A DNA stretch of 64,000 nt from an uncultured Candidatus Binatia bacterium. GTDB lineage: Bacteria > Desulfobacterota > Binatia > UBA9968 > CAXXLF01. A model generated the notes under the pieces. It did no database searches, had not been told where the DNA came from, and worked only from the letters and a program-made list of their open reading frames with translations. The translations under genes and the position numbers were made by a program. Within the stretch, counting starts at the first letter, position 1, and every line of letters starts with the position of its first letter. This document shows positions 61,678-64,000 of the stretch, one piece after another. The DNA is taken from contig OZ244621.1 in assembly GCA_965218425.1 (NCBI GenBank), positions 1,216,001 through 1,280,000 of the forward strand. Reading direction: 5' to 3'.

Positions 61678-63378
61678 ATGAAGTTTATCCCCAGCGATCT
61701 AACATATTTCTTCAATGAGCCGGGCACACGCCAAAATACCTGGGCTCTGATCAAGTACCTCATCTTTTTGTTCTGTGTCATTGCGGTCTATTCAGTGCTT
61801 TTCCACTTGATCATGCTGCACGTGGAGGGGCAGACGCACTCTTGGATCACAGGAGTCTATTGGACCCTAACGGTGATGACTACCCTTGGATTTGGAGACA
61901 TCACGTTCCATAGCGACATGGGACGGGCGTTCAGTATCCTAGTGTTGCTGTCGGGCATCGTGCTCCTCTTGATTGTGCTTCCCTTTACGTTTATCCGCTT
62001 TTTCTATGCACCCTGGCTCGAAGCGCGGGTACGGCAGCAGGCGCCGCGCAAAGCTCGAGAGGATACAACAGGGCACGTGGTGATTTGCACCTACGACACC
62101 ATCGCCCCCGGACTCATTGACAGACTCCAGGTCTACGGCATCCCATATTACGTGATCGAACCCAACCCCACACAAGCCGCAGGCATGCACAGAGACGGCA
62201 TCTCGGTGATCGCAGGTGAGGTGGACAGCCGATCTACCTACCAGGCACTTCAGACATCGAAAGCCCGGCTGATATTTGCCAATGGCGCGGATACCATCAA
62301 CACCAATATTACCCTAACGGTCCGGGAGGTGGCACCCGATGTGCCCATCATCGCCATTATTGAGGCTGAAGACTCCACAGATATCCTGGAATTGAGCGGC
62401 TGCACGCATGTACTGCCTCTAAAGCAGAGATTGGGGGAGCGTTTGGCCAATCGGGTGAACACCGGGCATGCTCAATCCCATGTCATTGGCAGCTTCAGAG
62501 ACTTAAAGATCGCTGAGTTTCCAGTCCACAATACTCCCCTGGCAGGCCACACCATCCGGGAGACGCAGATAAGGGAGGCCACCGGCGTCAACATCGTCGC
62601 CGTCTGGGAACGCGGGCGACTCAACCCGGCTTACCCCGACACCTACCTTTCAAACTACAGCGTCCCGGTGGTGGTGGGCACCGAGAACCAAATTCTCGAA
62701 TTAGACGCCCTGCTGGTCATCTACGACACAAACTACAACCCGGTGCTGGTCATTGGGGGAGGCAAGGTGGGCCGGGCGACGGCACGCGAAATAAAAAGGA
62801 AGGGCATCCCGGTATATGTAGTGGAACGTAATGAGTCGCTTCGAGATCGGATCGGTGACATCCCGGATCGCCTGTTTATCGGCGACGCGGCCGATCGGGA
62901 AGTCCTCATGGGAGCTGGCTTGAGGGAGGCCCCTTCCGTGATCCTCACAACCAACGATGATGCCGTGAACATCTACCTGGCCGTTTACCTGCGCCGCCTC
63001 AACCCGGATCTTCGCATCGTCAGTCGGATCACCCATGAGAGAAACATCGAAGCCATCCACCGTGCGGGCGCAGACTTTGTCCTCAGCTACGACTCCCTGG
63101 GAGCCGAATACGTTCTTTCCTTGGTGCAAGGGCACGAACTAGTGATGCTAGGTGAAGGAGTGGAACTGTTTGCCGTTCCCCTCCCTGCGGCTCTGGATGG
63201 CCAGACACTGGCAGCAAGTGAAATTGCCTCCCGAACAGGACTCAATGTCATCGGGATCCAGCAAAACGGTCGCGTGGTGACGAACCCGCCCCCCACGACG
63301 ACCCTCCTCAACGGGAGTGAACTGTTGATGCTGGGCAGCACCCGGCAGCGGCAAACCTTCTCCGAGGCATTTAGTTAA
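61678..63378 (+). CDS. Potassium channel with tandem RCK (TrkA-N/C) domains
   Basis: Pore motif TVMTTLGFGDI; two NAD-binding-like RCK repeats (GGGKVG). Confidence 0.9.
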   Translation: MKFIPSDLTYFFNEPGTRQNTWALIKYLIFLFCVIAVYSVLFHLIMLHVEGQTHSWITGVYWTLTVMTTLGFGDITFHSDMGRAFSILVLLSGIVLLLIVLPFTFIRFFYAPWLEARVRQQAPRKAREDTTGHVVICTYDTIAPGLIDRLQVYGIPYYVIEPNPTQAAGMHRDGISVIAGEVDSRSTYQALQTSKARLIFANGADTINTNITLTVREVAPDVPIIAIIEAEDSTDILELSGCTHVLPLKQRLGERLANRVNTGHAQSHVIGSFRDLKIAEFPVHNTPLAGHTIRETQIREATGVNIVAVWERGRLNPAYPDTYLSNYSVPVVVGTENQILELDALLVIYDTNYNPVLVIGGGKVGRATAREIKRKGIPVYVVERNESLRDRIGDIPDRLFIGDAADREVLMGAGLREAPSVILTTNDDAVNIYLAVYLRRLNPDLRIVSRITHERNIEAIHRAGADFVLSYDSLGAEYVLSLVQGHELVMLGEGVELFAVPLPAALDGQTLAASEIASRTGLNVIGIQQNGRVVTNPPPTTTLLNGSELLMLGSTRQRQTFSEAFS

Positions 63379-63414
63379 CCCTGATCCAATTGGCCGCCGG
63401 TAGCAACGCACAAA

Positions 63415-63752
63415 GCGGACTCAGTGCTGAGCCCTGAAAGTGGAGGGGGTTGGGTATAAAGTGTAGGAAAGAATGTTTGCAGTGAAGAGAGCTGTCAGCG
63501 ATCAACCCTCAGCTAAAAAGTTTTGAGTGTTAAGTCCCCAGTGTTAAGAATCGATCATCCTCGAGTTTTAAAGGTATTTTTTCTCCCCAGCTTAAAACTT
63601 TACACTTAACACTGTCTTCACTATTTTCCGCTAACTGCCTACTGTCTTTCCAAATTCTGCAGTCAGTGGTCCCGAATTCGCAAGGGGACTTTACGCCATG
63701 GGCATAGCGCTTTGCACAATTTCTCAGTACTCAGAACACGGTACTTTCCACT
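63415..63752. repeat. Nested inverted 7-bp repeat arrays
   Basis: aagtttt gagtgtt aagtccc cagtgtt versus aaaactt tacactt aacactg; cagtgct gagccct versus cagtact cagaaca cggtact. Confidence 0.6.
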
Positions 63753-63775
63753 AGATTGCTATCGGCGTGCAGAAC

Positions 63776-64000
63776 CTATGCCGCCCGGCCCACCAGCCCC
63801 CGGTAGTGACCACCCTTGGAAATGGGTGCCAGGCCTTTGATAACGGTTTGCCAATGCTCGCCGCCGTCCCCACTCCAGAGAATACTACCGCCCGTGGTAC
63901 CGGCAAACACCTGCACCTTGTCAACTGATTCCTCGATACACATGGCTTCGATGCTGTGGGGCATACGATCCTTCAGGCCGCTCCCCATGATCTCCCAGGT
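63776..64000 (-). CDS. C-terminus of a BNR/Asp-box beta-propeller protein (runs off the window)
   Basis: FAGTTGGSILWSGDGGEHW...LAPISKGGHY. Confidence 0.7.
   Translation of the reverse strand, partial: TWEIMGSGLKDRMPHSIEAMCIEESVDKVQVFAGTTGGSILWSGDGGEHWQTVIKGLAPISKGGHYRGLVGRAA

Noticed and set aside
1..64000. CRISPR array, rRNA or prophage structural genes
   Set aside because: No regularly spaced 25-40-bp repeats, rRNA signatures or phage genes seen.

Overview
Bacterial chromosome segment. The gene style (expanded SDR, Rieske, TTT, DUF3891, LLM and molybdenum-hydroxylase families) suggests a Binatia/deltaproteobacteria-like organism; this is inference only. Left part: a ~27 kb genomic island (4390-31252) bounded by an intact tRNA-Val(CAC) and a 43/45-bp copy of its 3' half. 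It has no integrase and carries one long minus-strand catabolic run: three paralogous molybdenum-hydroxylase large subunits (one IS630-disrupted), one FAD and one 2Fe-2S subunit, CoxG, two DUF3891 proteins, a tripartite tricarboxylate transporter, IclR, VOC proteins and many decayed genes. Right part is core-like: methyltransferase, EVE protein, DUF885, nfo, TetR, an LLM oxidoreductase with an ACG start, a paaFGHJ-like beta-oxidation cluster, AsmA, rnr, a dead NotI-like restriction-modification pair, a minus-strand cluster joining MoxR/VWA/XdhC to archaeal-type riboflavin kinase, UbiX, IDI-2 and two split-barrel flavoproteins, a second IS630 copy and a K+ channel. The most striking unexplained items are a ~420-nt highly base-paired intergenic element (32692-33109) that looks like an undescribed large ncRNA, and the apparent self-contained prenyl-FMN supply cluster. 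All folding and family calls were made by eye.
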